From Candidatus Hadarchaeales archaeon (GTDB taxonomy: Archaea; Hadarchaeota; Hadarchaeia; Hadarchaeales; WYZ-LMO6): DNA of 64,000 nucleotides. Below the pieces are notes generated by a model that worked only from the letters and a program-made list of their open reading frames with translations, was not told the DNA's origin and did not search any database. Shown here piece by piece: positions 19,661 to 30,445 of this stretch (the stretch's first letter is position 1; each line of letters begins with the position of its first letter). The stretch is from positions 22,093 through 86,092 of the forward strand of contig JAVYML010000003.1 in assembly GCA_038736355.1 (NCBI GenBank), read 5' to 3'. The position numbers and the translations under genes were made by a program.

Positions 19661-20808
19661 AGCTACTGCCAGGAATAGTGATAGATAGACCCGGAAGCAG
19701 TGTGGAATATTTGACCTCCGGATGGAGGTACCTACGTCCGGTGAGGGAGAGGAAAACCGCTCCTTGTGTTTCCGCCTGTCCGATAGAAAACGACATCCCT
19801 AGGATCCTTTGGTTGGTTAAAAGGGGAAGACTGGAGGAAGCTTGGAAGACCCTCAAGTCGACCAACCCCTTTCCCTCGATATGCGGGAGGGTGTGTTATC
19901 GTTTTTGTGAAGGGGCTTGCAACAGGAAGGATTTCGATGAGGCCATAGCCGTGAGGAGCGTGGAGCGTTTCCTGGGAGATCTCGGAAGGGAAAAGGGCTG
20001 GAGGGTGGAGCCGGGAAGGGCCACTGGACATTCGGTGGCGATAGTCGGTGGTGGTCCTTCAGGTCTCTCCTGCGCCTACCATTTGAGACTCAGGGGGCAT
20101 GAGGTGAGGATCTTCGAAGCCAAGGAAAAGGAGGGTGGTTTGATGGCCTGGGGTATCTCGGAGGAACTCCTCCCCAGGGAGGTCCTGGAGGAAGAACTCT
20201 CCCTCCTAAGGGGGATGGGGGTGGAGGTGGAGAGGAGGGAGGTGAAGGGGAGGGGAGAGCTCAAGGGCTATGGGGCGTTGGTGTTGGCTACGGGGAGGAG
20301 CCCCCTTCCCGAAGGGTTGGCGGAAGGACTGAAAAGGAAGGGGGAAAAGGTGGAAGGGGACAAATGGGGGAGGACGGAGATAGGAGGACTTTTCGTTACG
20401 GGTGAGCTGGCGGCAGGGGTAAGGAGGGGGGTGGCCTGGGCCATAGGCTCTGGAAGGAGGACGGCCTTAGCAGTGGATGCTTTCCTCAAGGGTAGGGAGG
20501 TGGAGGAAGAAGGGGTGCCGCCCATCCTCGGTCTGGAGGAGATCAGACTGGACTACTTCAACTTTTCTCCTAGGGTGGGAGGGAGGGAAGGTCCCTCTTC
20601 GGAGGAAGAAGTGGAGGCGGAGGCTGGAAGGTGCTTCAGTTGTGGCATGTGCAACGGATGTGATAATTGCTGGATTTTCTGTCCGGAGGGATGTATCGTG
20701 AAGGAGGGGGAAACCGAATACAGGACGGATGAGAACTATTGTAAGGGATGCGGGATCTGTGCCCAAGAATGCCCTAGGGGCGTGATAAGGATGGAGGAGG
20801 AGGGATGA
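19657..20808 (+). CDS. Oxidoreductase delta subunit with inserted GltD/SudA-like Fe-S and FAD-binding region
   Basis: PGSS...T.GWR.LRPV start; [13 protein letters not shown]...[17 protein letters not shown]-terminal 2x[4Fe-4S] [12 protein letters not shown] and [13 protein letters not shown]. Confidence 0.85.
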   Translation: MKLLPGIVIDRPGSSVEYLTSGWRYLRPVRERKTAPCVSACPIENDIPRILWLVKRGRLEEAWKTLKSTNPFPSICGRVCYRFCEGACNRKDFDEAIAVRSVERFLGDLGREKGWRVEPGRATGHSVAIVGGGPSGLSCAYHLRLRGHEVRIFEAKEKEGGLMAWGISEELLPREVLEEELSLLRGMGVEVERREVKGRGELKGYGALVLATGRSPLPEGLAEGLKRKGEKVEGDKWGRTEIGGLFVTGELAAGVRRGVAWAIGSGRRTALAVDAFLKGREVEEEGVPPILGLEEIRLDYFNFSPRVGGREGPSSEEEVEAEAGRCFSCGMCNGCDNCWIFCPEGCIVKEGETEYRTDENYCKGCGICAQECPRGVIRMEEEG

Positions 20809-21980
20809 AGCTATTACTCAACGGAAACGAGGCCGCGGCCTTGGCGGCCAAGCTCGCTAGGGTTCAAGTGATTTCCGCCTATCCCATCACCCCCCAGACG
20901 GTGGTGGTGGAAACCCTAGCCAAGTACGTGGCCGATGGGGAGTTGGATGCCGAGTTCGTGAAGGTGGAATCGGAGCATAGTGCCTTGAGCGTTTGCTTGG
21001 GTGCCTCCGCCGCGGGTGCAAGGGCCTTCACCGCCACCTCCTCCCAGGGTCTCATGCTGATGAGTGAAATCCTGTACGTGGTCTCGGGCATGAGGCTTCC
21101 GGTGGTGATGGCCAATGCCAATCGTTCCCTCTCCGCCCCCCTGAGTATCTGGAACGATCAGCAGGATTCCCTCTCGGTCAGAGACAGTGGCTGGATCCAG
21201 CTCTACTGTGAGAACAACCAGGAGATCCTCGATCTCCTTCTCCAGGCCTTCCTCTTGGCGGAGCGCATTTCCCTGCCCGCGATGGTTTGCTACGATGGGT
21301 ACATCCTTTCCCACACGGCCGAGGCCGTGGAGGTACCAGAACAGGCTGAGGTGGATGCCTTCCTTCCCCCCTATTCTCCGGCTTTCAAGTTGGATCCTTC
21401 CCGCCCCCTCACGATGGGTCCCGTGGGAGTACCGGAGGTTTACATGGAGGCAAGGTATCTACAGCATCGTGACATGCGAAGGGCTAAAGAGGAATTCGTG
21501 AGGGTGACGGAAGAATTCCGGAGGAGGTTCGGGAGGAAATACGGAATTCTGGAGGAGTATAGGACGGAAGATGCTGAGCTCCTCCTCTTCACGATGGGAT
21601 CCTTGATGGGAACGGTCAGGGAGGCGGTGGACAGGTGCAGGGAAAAGGGGGAAAAGGTGGGGGCGGTGAAGCTCACCCTCTACCGCCCCTTCCCGGAACA
21701 GGAGGTCGTGAGGGCACTCTCTAGGGGTAAGGTGGTGGGGATACTCGAGAAAGATATCTCCACAGGATGGATGGGTGCCCTCTATACGGATACCGTGGCT
21801 GCCTTCGCGAACGAGTCCAAGAGACCCCTTTTCCAGAACTTCATCTTGGGTTTGGGGAGTAGGGATGTGAGGGTGGAAGATGTGGAAGGGATCGTGGCGA
21901 GGCTCAAGAAGGTGGTGGAGGAAGGAAGGGTGGAAGAAAACCCCTGTTGGATAGGGGTAAAGAAGGAGCTGGTGGAATGA
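20805..21980 (+). CDS. porA: 2-oxoacid:ferredoxin oxidoreductase alpha subunit
   Basis: [24 protein letters not shown]. Confidence 0.93.
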   Translation: MKLLLNGNEAAALAAKLARVQVISAYPITPQTVVVETLAKYVADGELDAEFVKVESEHSALSVCLGASAAGARAFTATSSQGLMLMSEILYVVSGMRLPVVMANANRSLSAPLSIWNDQQDSLSVRDSGWIQLYCENNQEILDLLLQAFLLAERISLPAMVCYDGYILSHTAEAVEVPEQAEVDAFLPPYSPAFKLDPSRPLTMGPVGVPEVYMEARYLQHRDMRRAKEEFVRVTEEFRRRFGRKYGILEEYRTEDAELLLFTMGSLMGTVREAVDRCREKGEKVGAVKLTLYRPFPEQEVVRALSRGKVVGILEKDISTGWMGALYTDTVAAFANESKRPLFQNFILGLGSRDVRVEDVEGIVARLKKVVEEGRVEENPCWIGVKKELVE

Positions 21981-22852
21981 TACCCGAAGAAGAGCTTCTG
22001 GCACCAGGACATCGTGCCTGTCCTGGATGTGGTGAGGTCATGGCCCTCAGGTGGATCCTGAAGGCCTTGGGGAGGGAGATAATCGTGGTGCAGGCCACCG
22101 GTTGTATGGAGGTCACCACCACTCCCTATCCCCAGACTTCTTGGAGGGTCCCCTGGATTCACGGGGCCTTCGAGAACGCGGCTGCCATCGCCTCGGGGGT
22201 GGAGGTGGCCCTCAAGAGGCTGGGGAGGAAGGGGGTGAAGGTGGTGGCCATAGCGGGGGACGGGGGGACGGCAGACATAGGGCTCCAGGCCCTTTCCGGA
22301 ATGATGGAGAGGGGACACAACGTGCTCTATGTGTGCACCGACAATGAGGCCTACATGAACACGGGCATACAGAGGAGCGGGACCACCCCCTTCGGTGCTT
22401 GGACCACCACCACCCCTGCGGGAAAACTCTGGAAGGGAGAGGATAGGCCCAAAAAGGATGTACCTTCCATAGCTTTGGCCCACCGCATTCCCTATGTGGC
22501 CACTGCCTCCGTGGGATATCCCAAGGATCTCTTCTGGAAGGTGAGGAAGGCGGCGAGCGTGGAGGGACCCTCCTATCTCCATGTCCACTGTCCTTGCCCC
22601 ACCGGTTGGAGACACGATTCCTCCCTTACGGTGAGGATAGCGAGGTTGGCCGTAGAGACGGGTTGTTGGATCCTCTGGGAGGCCGAGGGGGGGAGGATCA
22701 AGTTAACCTTCAGACCGAAGCGGAGGAAGCCCGTGAGGGAGTACCTCAGGCTCCAGGGGAGGTTCTCCCATCTGACGGAAGAGGAGGTGGAGAGGATTCA
22801 GAGGGAAGTGGATGAACGCTGCAGGGAGCTGAATTTGGGCTGGTATGGATAA
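21977..22852 (+). CDS. porB: 2-oxoacid:ferredoxin oxidoreductase beta subunit
   Basis: [38 protein letters not shown]. Confidence 0.93.
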   Translation: MIPEEELLAPGHRACPGCGEVMALRWILKALGREIIVVQATGCMEVTTTPYPQTSWRVPWIHGAFENAAAIASGVEVALKRLGRKGVKVVAIAGDGGTADIGLQALSGMMERGHNVLYVCTDNEAYMNTGIQRSGTTPFGAWTTTTPAGKLWKGEDRPKKDVPSIALAHRIPYVATASVGYPKDLFWKVRKAASVEGPSYLHVHCPCPTGWRHDSSLTVRIARLAVETGCWILWEAEGGRIKLTFRPKRRKPVREYLRLQGRFSHLTEEEVERIQREVDERCRELNLGWYG

Positions 22853-22853
22853 T

Positions 22854-24698
22854 CTATGAGCCCACGAAGATGGGACGGAGGGAAAGCCTCCTGGGGAGGG
22901 TTAGGGGACGGTGTGGGAAGCCTTCACACTTCTTCCTTATTTCCTCCGCCAGCTCCTCCACCCCATACTCCCTCACTTCCGAACCCCTCACCCTCACGGA
23001 AAGCTTCCCGCTCTCCATTTCCCTGTTCCCCACCACTGCTATGTAGGGAATCCACTCCCTCTCCGCCTCCCTGATCTTTCTCGCCACAGTCCAATCCCTA
23101 TCGTCTACGTCGGCCCTCACCCCTTTCCCTTCTAGGAATTCCGCATCCCCAAGGCAGCGCTCCAAGTGACGGTCCCCCACGGGAATCAGCCTGACCTGTG
23201 TGGGGGAGAGCCAGAGGGGAAGGGAGGGGGGTTTTCCCTCCCTCCTCATCCTCTCCGCGTTCTCGAGTAGGGCATAGATCCAGCGTTCTATGGATCCCAT
23301 GGAGGAATGGAGGATCACGCATCCCTTCTTCTTTCCCTGGTCGTCCGTGTAGAGGATCCCATACCTCTCGGAATCTTCCAGATCGAGCTGGACGGTGGAG
23401 AGCTGGGAGTTCCCTCCCTCCGGATCCAAGAACTGGAGCTCGTGCTTCATCACCCAGTAATGCTTCCTTCCAGGCAGGAGCTCCAAGAGCGCCGGTCTTC
23501 CCTCTTCCCTCACCAACTCCAGAATGAAGTTCCTGTGTTCTAGGTAGAATTCCTCCACCACCCTGAAGACCAACGCGTAGGGAAGACCCATCCTACGGAC
23601 GGGTTCCAAAAAGAGACGGAAGAGGAGCTTGTACTCCTCTAGGGCCTGGGGGAGATCGGAACAGAAGCAATGGAGGTCGGGCATGGTGAAGGAACGGAGG
23701 CGTTTGAGTCCCACGCATTCCCCGCTCTGCTCCAACCTGAAGGAGGGGGAGAGCTCGAAGACCCTGAGGGGAAGCTGTCGGTAGCTGAGCTGGGCTTCCT
23801 TCATCATCCTGAAGAGGCCGAAATCACCTGCAAACCTCAGCAGGAGGGTCTTACCGGGAAGCTTGATCCTGTAATCCTTAGCCAGGAACTTGGCCGCCTG
23901 CGCACCTATATCCTTCTCTTCCAGCCTGTAGAGGAGGGGTGTCTGGATGAAGAGGGCCCCCACGCTTCTAGCCAGTTGGGCGGCATAATCCTCGAGCAGG
24001 GATTTCAATAGTTCACCCTTTGGATAGAAGCGGAAATGCCCCACATCGCTTGCCGGTTCGTAATCCACCAGCTCCAACCTCCGCATGAGGTGCAGGTGAG
24101 CTGGTTCCTCCCCTCTTCCCCCCCTTTCCGCGAGCAGGTATTGTTTTAGGAAGGGATTTCCTTCCAGGAGCTTGCAGGCTTCGAGCCTTTCCGGATCCAC
24201 CCTCTCCTCCCTCCCGTCGGGGGAGAGAACCCTCAGCTCCCCCCCCTCCTCCCTCTCGCTGGAAAGGGGGGCGGGCTCGGGCGAGATGGTTCTCGAGAGT
24301 TCGCTCAAGGGATGTCCTTTACATCGGAGGGTGAAGGCCTTGTACCATCCGAAGGGGACATGGAGGACTTCGAGTCCCTTCTCGGTGAGTTTCTCCCTGA
24401 GTCCCTTCAGGATCCTCAGGGCAATGTCGGGGGAGGAAAGGGAGGGACTGAGGTGGGCATAGGGATAGACCGCCACCCTCCCCACCCCCAGTTTTTTGCA
24501 TAGGTCCAGGATTTCCTCCGAGGCCTTGGAGATAACCACCTCTGGATTCCTACCATCCTCCTCCTCCACCGCTGTGAAGGCCACCAGCACTTCTTCCACC
24601 CTTCCCTCCCCCTTTCCTTCCTCCACCTCCTCCGCCATCGGGGTGGGCTGGAGGGCCTTGAATTCCAGGAAATCGGCGTGGATGAGGAGCAGACGCAT
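22854..24698 (-). CDS. thrS: Threonyl-tRNA synthetase, archaeal type
   Basis: N-terminal editing domain (YPYAHLS, PFGWYKAF..CKGHPLSELSR), FTMPDLH, GSIER. Confidence 0.96.
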   Translation of the reverse strand: MRLLLIHADFLEFKALQPTPMAEEVEEGKGEGRVEEVLVAFTAVEEEDGRNPEVVISKASEEILDLCKKLGVGRVAVYPYAHLSPSLSSPDIALRILKGLREKLTEKGLEVLHVPFGWYKAFTLRCKGHPLSELSRTISPEPAPLSSEREEGGELRVLSPDGREERVDPERLEACKLLEGNPFLKQYLLAERGGRGEEPAHLHLMRRLELVDYEPASDVGHFRFYPKGELLKSLLEDYAAQLARSVGALFIQTPLLYRLEEKDIGAQAAKFLAKDYRIKLPGKTLLLRFAGDFGLFRMMKEAQLSYRQLPLRVFELSPSFRLEQSGECVGLKRLRSFTMPDLHCFCSDLPQALEEYKLLFRLFLEPVRRMGLPYALVFRVVEEFYLEHRNFILELVREEGRPALLELLPGRKHYWVMKHELQFLDPEGGNSQLSTVQLDLEDSERYGILYTDDQGKKKGCVILHSSMGSIERWIYALLENAERMRREGKPPSLPLWLSPTQVRLIPVGDRHLERCLGDAEFLEGKGVRADVDDRDWTVARKIREAEREWIPYIAVVGNREMESGKLSVRVRGSEVREYGVEELAEEIRKKCEGFPHRPLTLPRRLSLRPIFVGS

Positions 24699-24773
24699 CC
24701 GGCTGGAGTCTTCCGGGAGGGATATTTACTTATCGCTCCAAACCACGGAGGAGGTGGAAGGACGGAAAAAAGG

Positions 24774-25898
24774 GTGATAAGGGCGGAGTGCCTTTCCTGT
24801 GGCTACGAGGACTACCGGATGTCCTCCCTCGGTCTCGGAGAGCTGTTGAAGGACAGGTGTCCCAAATGCGGTGGAGACTTAGCCGTTACGGGGAAGGAAC
24901 TTCCCAGAGAGTGGGAGGAGGTACTCTCCGAGGTGGAGAAGGAGTTCTTGGTGGTGGATTTCGTGTTCGGTAAGGGGGAAGGGGAGCTCGAAGTGGAGGC
25001 TAGACCGAATTCCTCCTTCTCCAGACTCCTGCGTGCCCTGAGGCCCAAGAGGAAGATCTGTGCCCTCAGGAGAAGGGACGGGAGCCTTTACCTCAGGATC
25101 TTTACCCTCCCTCCTCCCAAGAGGGAAAAACCCTACCTCCCCTCCCTCCTCCTCGGGCTGACGCTCCTTTCGGTTTTCGGATCCAGCTACTTCTTTCTTT
25201 TCGGAGAAACGACGAAGGCCATGCTCTTCTCCATAAGTCTGATGGGAATCCTGGCTTCGCATGAACTCGGCCACGGGATCGCCGCTAGGAGAAACGGAGT
25301 GGAGGCTTCCCCCCCATACTTCATCCCAGCACCCACCTATCTGGGCACGTTGGGAGCGGTGGTGAGGGTGAGGAGCCCCATCCCTTCTAGGAATGCCCTG
25401 GTAGAGGTAGGGGCCTATGGGCCCTTGCTTGGTTTCCTGGCGGCCCTCTCCGTCAGTTTGCTGGGACTCCTCTGGGGAGGGAAGGGAGAAACGGGTTTCC
25501 TCACGACTCCGGTTCTCCTCTTCCTGAGGTCACTGGTCGGGAGGGGGTCCGACAATCCCCTCGTTCTCGCGGGTTCGGTAATGATGGTCATCACCTTCCT
25601 CAACCTCCTCCCTGCAGGGCAGCTGGATGGGGGACACGTGGCGAGGGGGCTCATGAATACTAGGAACCACCACACCCTCACGAAGATCGTGGGTCTGGGT
25701 CTTCTTTTCTCGGGCCTCCTTCTACCCTACTATCCCTTCTTTTGGGTCTGGGGCTTCCTCATCCTCCTCTTTTTCGGTCGTCCACATGCTGGGGTGCTGG
25801 ACGATCTTTCCCCCCTCTCCTCCTCCCACCGTTTTCTGGCCTTCGCGACCTTCCTCCTCCTTCCCCTCACCTTTCCCCTGCCCGAGGTATGGGTATGA
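24774..25898 (+). CDS. Site-2 protease (M50) family membrane metalloprotease with N-terminal zinc ribbon
   Basis: HELGH, LNLLPAGQLDGGH; CLSC/CPKC at the N-terminus. Confidence 0.88.
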   Translation: MIRAECLSCGYEDYRMSSLGLGELLKDRCPKCGGDLAVTGKELPREWEEVLSEVEKEFLVVDFVFGKGEGELEVEARPNSSFSRLLRALRPKRKICALRRRDGSLYLRIFTLPPPKREKPYLPSLLLGLTLLSVFGSSYFFLFGETTKAMLFSISLMGILASHELGHGIAARRNGVEASPPYFIPAPTYLGTLGAVVRVRSPIPSRNALVEVGAYGPLLGFLAALSVSLLGLLWGGKGETGFLTTPVLLFLRSLVGRGSDNPLVLAGSVMMVITFLNLLPAGQLDGGHVARGLMNTRNHHTLTKIVGLGLLFSGLLLPYYPFFWVWGFLILLFFGRPHAGVLDDLSPLSSSHRFLAFATFLLLPLTFPLPEVWV

Positions 25899-26485
25899 AG
25901 GGAAAGCTGCTCTGCGTGGAGGGATTGGATGGATGCGGCAAGAGCACGCAGGTGGACCTCTTGGCGAAGTGGTTGCGTTCTTTGGGCTATCCTGTTTTGC
26001 GTACGGCGGAACCGACCAAGGGATCCATAGGAAGACTCATAAGGAAGGGGCTGAGGGAAGGGGGCCTGACCGCCGAGGTGGAGGCCCTCCTCTTCGCCGC
26101 CGATAGGATGGACCATGCCTCCCGTCTGCTTTTCCCCGCCCTGAGGGAGGGAAAGATGGTGGTGAGTGAAAGGGGCCTTTACTCTTCCATAGCCTACCAG
26201 TGCGCAAGGGGTTTGAAGGAGGAATGGATAAGGGAGCTCAACAGGTTTTCCCCCCTTCCAGACCTCACCCTTTTCTTGGACCTCCCCCCAGAGGAATGTT
26301 TGAAGAGGATGGAGGGGAAGAAACTGGATCTCTTTGAGAGGGATTTGGAGTTCCAGAGGAAGGTCAGGGAGAAATACTTGGAGTTGGTCGGGAGGGGGGA
26401 GATGGAGAGGATAGAGGGGAGGGGATCGGTGGGGGAGGTACATGAAAGGATGAAGGAAGCGGTGTTGCGGTGGTTAGGGAGGTGA
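25895..26485 (+). CDS. tmk: Thymidylate kinase
   Basis: EGLDGCGKSTQ, LLFAADR, SSIAYQ, PDLTLFLD. Confidence 0.93.
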   Translation: MKGKLLCVEGLDGCGKSTQVDLLAKWLRSLGYPVLRTAEPTKGSIGRLIRKGLREGGLTAEVEALLFAADRMDHASRLLFPALREGKMVVSERGLYSSIAYQCARGLKEEWIRELNRFSPLPDLTLFLDLPPEECLKRMEGKKLDLFERDLEFQRKVREKYLELVGRGEMERIEGRGSVGEVHERMKEAVLRWLGR

Positions 26486-26489
26486 AGGA

Positions 26490-27839
26490 ATGGTTCTAGA
26501 AAGATTGGGAAAGGCCCTGCATGGAGCCCTTCAAAAGCTCGCCAGGGCCCCGCATTTGGATGAGGAAACGGTGAAGGAGCTCGTGAGGGATCTCCAGAGG
26601 GCCCTTCTACAGGCGGATGTGAACGTTCAGCTGGTCCTCGACCTCACGAAGAGGTTGGAGGAACGCCTCAGGAAGGAGGTCCCCCCGCCGGGGATGAGCA
26701 GAAGGGAACATGCGGTGAAGATAGTTTACGAGGAACTCTCCAGTCTATTGGGGAAACCCTCTTCCTTTGAGCTGAAGAGGGGAGGACCTACCGTGGTCCT
26801 CATGGTGGGTCTTCAGGGGAGCGGTAAAACCACTTCCGTGGCCAAGCTAGCCTACCACTTCAAGAAAAAGGGCTTTAGGGTGGGAATCGTATGTGCCGAT
26901 ACCTTCAGGGCTGGAGCCTATGAGCAACTTTTCCAGCTCGGTCAGAAGGCTGGAGTGGAAGTTTGGGGGGACCCCACGGCAAAGGATTCGGTTGAGCTCG
27001 CCAGGAGGGGGGTGGAGGAACTTAGGAAGAAATGCGACCTGATCCTCGTGGATTCGGCGGGGAGACACAAGGAGGAGAGGGGACTGATGGAGGAGATGAA
27101 GAAGATGGTGGAAGAACTGCAGCCGGATGAGGTGATGCTGGTGGTGGATGGCACCCTGGGACAGCAGGCTAGGGATCAGGCGGAGGCCTTCAGGAAGGTG
27201 GCACCCTTGGGCTCCATCCTCGTGACCAAGCTCGATGGGACGGCGAAGGGTGGAGGAGCCCTTTCGGCCGTGGCGGCCACGGGTGCACCCATCAAGTTCA
27301 TAGGGACGGGGGAACACCTGGAGGACCTAGAACCCTTTTCTCCCCCGAAGTTCATGGCGAGGCTTTTGGGAATGGGGGACTTGGAGACTTTCTTCAGGAG
27401 GATGGAGGAGACGATGGGGGAAAAGGCCGGGGAGGAGATGAAGGAAGCCCTCAGGGGAAAGCTCACCCTCAAAATGGTTTACGAGCAGTTGGAGGCCATG
27501 AGCAAGATGGGTCCCCTGAAAAAGATAGCCAACCTCCTTCCCGGGGTGGGGGTCTCCCTTTCGGAAGAGCAGTTGAGGGTGGGGGAGGAAAAACTGAAAC
27601 GTTTCAAGGTGATCATGCAATCGATGACACCCCAGGAACTGGAAAACCCCGAGATCCTCAACGCTTCCAGGATAAGGAGGATAGCCAAGGGATCTGGTAC
27701 GAGCGAGGCGGAAGTGAGGGAACTTTTGAAGCAATATGAGCTCATGAAGAAGATGCTGAAAATGCTTGGGAAGGGGAGACTGCCCAGGGTGGGGCCTCTG
27801 GGAAAGCTGGTGAAAGAACTGGAAAAGAGGGGGAGATAG
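26490..27839 (+). CDS. srp54: Signal recognition particle protein SRP54
   Basis: GLQGSGKTT, DSAGRH, TKLDGTAKGGG, SRIRRIAKGSG. Confidence 0.97.
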   Translation: MVLERLGKALHGALQKLARAPHLDEETVKELVRDLQRALLQADVNVQLVLDLTKRLEERLRKEVPPPGMSRREHAVKIVYEELSSLLGKPSSFELKRGGPTVVLMVGLQGSGKTTSVAKLAYHFKKKGFRVGIVCADTFRAGAYEQLFQLGQKAGVEVWGDPTAKDSVELARRGVEELRKKCDLILVDSAGRHKEERGLMEEMKKMVEELQPDEVMLVVDGTLGQQARDQAEAFRKVAPLGSILVTKLDGTAKGGGALSAVAATGAPIKFIGTGEHLEDLEPFSPPKFMARLLGMGDLETFFRRMEETMGEKAGEEMKEALRGKLTLKMVYEQLEAMSKMGPLKKIANLLPGVGVSLSEEQLRVGEEKLKRFKVIMQSMTPQELENPEILNASRIRRIAKGSGTSEAEVRELLKQYELMKKMLKMLGKGRLPRVGPLGKLVKELEKRGR

Positions 27840-27873
27840 GTTTTTGAGGCATCCAGTTCCACTTTTTTGCGAT

Positions 27874-28140
27874 ATGACCAAGGCTAGGAAGAAGCTCACC
27901 AAGAAGAGGGGAGAGGCCCTCACGGCTGGGAGGATCATGGGAGGTTTTGAGATGGGGGAAAGGGTGGTGTTGAAGATAGAGCCCAGCGTGCAGAAGGGGA
28001 GGCCCCATCCGAGGTACCAGGGAAGGGTGGGAGTGGTGGTGGGTAGGAGGGGAAGGGCCTACGAGGTGGAGATTACCGATGGAGGGAAAAGGAAAAGGAT
28101 TATTATTTTGCCTGAGCACCTGCAAAGGGTGGGTGAGTGA
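27874..28140 (+). CDS. rpl21e: 50S ribosomal protein L21e
   Basis: PSVQKGRPHPRYQGRVG, PEHL; conserved context upstream of rpoF. Confidence 0.93.
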   Translation: MTKARKKLTKKRGEALTAGRIMGGFEMGERVVLKIEPSVQKGRPHPRYQGRVGVVVGRRGRAYEVEITDGGKRKRIIILPEHLQRVGE

Positions 28141-28475
28141 TAGGTTCTGGGATAGTTTCGGAAAGACCGGTTACGCTGGCTGAGGTCCTGCAGCTCCTCG
28201 AGGAGATAAAGAAGGAAAGGGAGCTCAGGTACGAACAGCGCTTGGATTACGATTATGCCCAGAAGTTCGTGAGGGTGAAGCCGGATGGGGCCGCCAAACT
28301 GGTGGAGGAATTGATGAAGAACTTCGAGCTCAGGGAGACGGTGGCGGTCCAGCTGGTGGATCTGATGCCCGAGACCCCTGAGGAAGTGGAAATGCTTCTC
28401 TCGAAGGAGAGGAAAAGACTGAGTCCAGAGGAGACCAAGAAGTTGTTGGAGCTCCTCGACCAATATAGGAAGTGA
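28137..28475 (+). CDS. rpoF: RNA polymerase subunit F (Rpo4)
   Basis: ELRYEQR...YAQKF, LVDLMPETPEEV; conserved L21e-RpoF-DUF655 order. Confidence 0.9.
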   Translation: MIGSGIVSERPVTLAEVLQLLEEIKKERELRYEQRLDYDYAQKFVRVKPDGAAKLVEELMKNFELRETVAVQLVDLMPETPEEVEMLLSKERKRLSPEETKKLLELLDQYRK

Positions 28476-28491
28476 AGAAGGGGAGGAGACT

Positions 28492-29082
28492 TTGGCTCAG
28501 AAGAAGTTTGAGGATTACGGGATAGTGTTGGACTTCCTCCCACAGGGCCATCCGAACGATCCCAGACCCATCCATCTCAGGGAGCCTGTGGTCCAGCTTT
28601 TGGGCGAAGACTTCTTCACCCTCTTGGAAGTGGTGCCCAAGAAGGGGATGAAGTTCGAGGTGCAGGAAAGGGTGTTCATAGGTAAGGGGGAGAGGGAAAA
28701 GGTGGAGAGGATCAGGAGGAGAATAGGTTACGAGGATTTGACGGCGGCGGCCAAGGCGGTGCTCCCGGAAGCGGTGAGGAAGCTCGTGGAAAGCCATCCC
28801 GAGAGGTTCTTGGATTTTTTCAACAAGGCAGGTCCTGTGACCACGAGGTTCCACCAGTTAGAGCTCATTCCTGGAATAGGAAAGAAACTCATGTGGAGTA
28901 TCTTGGAGGAGAGGGAGAAGGCCCCCTTTTCCAGCTTGGAGGATCTCAAGAACAGGGTGAAAGGCCTGGGGGACCTGAAGGAGATGGTGGCCAACAGGAT
29001 CCTGAAAGAACTGAAGGGTGAGGACAGGTACAGGATTTTCGTTAGGCCACCCTCGAAGAAGGCTGAGGAAGAGGAGGTCTAG
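28492..29082 (+). CDS. DUF655 putative RNA-binding protein
   Basis: VLDFLPQG, FTLLEV, HQLELIPGIGKK. Confidence 0.88.
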   Translation: MAQKKFEDYGIVLDFLPQGHPNDPRPIHLREPVVQLLGEDFFTLLEVVPKKGMKFEVQERVFIGKGEREKVERIRRRIGYEDLTAAAKAVLPEAVRKLVESHPERFLDFFNKAGPVTTRFHQLELIPGIGKKLMWSILEEREKAPFSSLEDLKNRVKGLGDLKEMVANRILKELKGEDRYRIFVRPPSKKAEEEEV

Positions 29083-29132
29083 GGGGCCTTAGGGCTCTCC
29101 GGACATGCCTTTCGGCCGGGAAAGGGGGAAGG

Positions 29133-29402
29133 TTACTCACGGATGGTCTCCAGCAGGCTTAGGAGGTTCCAGATGGAGGTCCTAGCGTGCATGGGAATGT
29201 TGGGGTCGTTGCTGGCTTCCTCGAGCATGCTGGCGGCGAAGGCAGCCCTCACGGAAGGTTCTTCACCCTTTTTCAACAGGGTCTCCCTAGCTTGGCTGGC
29301 AAGCCTTCTGATGTTTCTGGGGACCGAGGGATCCCCGGCCAAGTTCAAGAGCAGTTCGCTGGCTTTTTTGAGCTTCGCCTCCGTCTCGGAGGACAAGGAC
29401 AT
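29133..29402 (-). CDS. UPF0147 family protein
   Basis: DPSVPRNIRR, NDPNIPMHARTSIW. Confidence 0.85.
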   Translation of the reverse strand: MSLSSETEAKLKKASELLLNLAGDPSVPRNIRRLASQARETLLKKGEEPSVRAAFAASMLEEASNDPNIPMHARTSIWNLLSLLETIRE

Positions 29403-29448
29403 CACCAGAATAATAAAGGTGGGAGGGTTAAAAGGGAGAGGGGATGAA

Positions 29449-29748
29449 GTGTCGGAGAAGGAACTGAGCAAGGCAGTGGAGGCCCTCTTCTCCGGGGCGA
29501 GGATGCTTTCCATCCATTGTGGGGAATGTAGAGGTCCCCTCTTCGAAAAGGATGGAAAGGTTTTCTGTCCTTCATGTGGGGAGAAAGAAAAAAAGAAGCC
29601 GGAGAGTGATTTGAAGGAGACCCTCAAGAAAAAGCTGGAGGAGCTGAAGAGCAGGCTGGAGACCGAAAAGGATCACGATCAGATGATGAAGATCCTCAAG
29701 GAAATCGAAGCGCTGGTAGAGGTGCTCAAAAAACTTGAGGGTTCATGA
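29449..29748 (+). CDS. UPF0148-like zinc-finger protein
   Basis: GARMLSIHCGECRGPLFEKDGKVFCPSC plus coiled-coil tail; divergent from UPF0147. Confidence 0.78.
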   Translation: MSEKELSKAVEALFSGARMLSIHCGECRGPLFEKDGKVFCPSCGEKEKKKPESDLKETLKKKLEELKSRLETEKDHDQMMKILKEIEALVEVLKKLEGS

Positions 29749-29750
29749 GG

Positions 29751-30365
29751 TTATTTCTTGAGGAGGGCATCCACCTCCTCGTCCGTGAGTTCCCTGTATC
29801 CCTTCCCATCCACCACGGACACCACCACTTTGTCTCCCGTGGCCGCATCCCTTTCTATGGCCGTTTGGATGGCCTCCACCGCCAGTTTTTCCCCTTCTAG
29901 GAGGCTCAGGCCCTTTCTGTAGTTCCTCTCGAGCACTCCGTAGGCCACTTGGGCCCCCGTTCCCCCGCTGGCGAAATCCTCCTCCTCCACCCTCCCCCCA
30001 GCCGGATCGAGGGTGAGGAGGACACATCCCTCCTCTTCGAAACCACACAGGATACCCTCCAGGAGATAGGGATACCACCTCCTGCTCTGGAGAACATTGG
30101 AGGCGATCTGCGCCAGACCCCTCGTGGAAATGGATCTCCCGTGTTCTATCCTGTAGAGGTTGGCCTCGGCTTGGAGGATGCTCACTAGACTCTGGATGTC
30201 CCCCGGGGCTCCTGAGAAGGCAGCCCCCAATTTCTCCTCCAGCTTGAAGATCTTCCTAGCCCTTTTGCTCAGGACCAGATAATATCCCACTGCCCTGGTA
30301 TCGGAGGCGAGCACTGCCCCCTCCTTGGTCTTCAGCCCCACGATCGTTCCTGCGAAGTATTCCAT
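29751..30365 (-). CDS. psmB: Proteasome beta subunit
   Basis: TIVGLK...VLASDTRA, KIFKL, GTGAQVAYGVLE, ERDAATGD. Confidence 0.92.
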   Translation of the reverse strand: MEYFAGTIVGLKTKEGAVLASDTRAVGYYLVLSKRARKIFKLEEKLGAAFSGAPGDIQSLVSILQAEANLYRIEHGRSISTRGLAQIASNVLQSRRWYPYLLEGILCGFEEEGCVLLTLDPAGGRVEEEDFASGGTGAQVAYGVLERNYRKGLSLLEGEKLAVEAIQTAIERDAATGDKVVVSVVDGKGYRELTDEEVDALLKK

Positions 30366-30445
30366 CCCTCTTCCTTTGCACCCCCGCCTTTTAATCCCTA
30401 CAGTGGGCAAAAGAATCAAATCGCCACTTTCCCAGAGAGGGGGGA

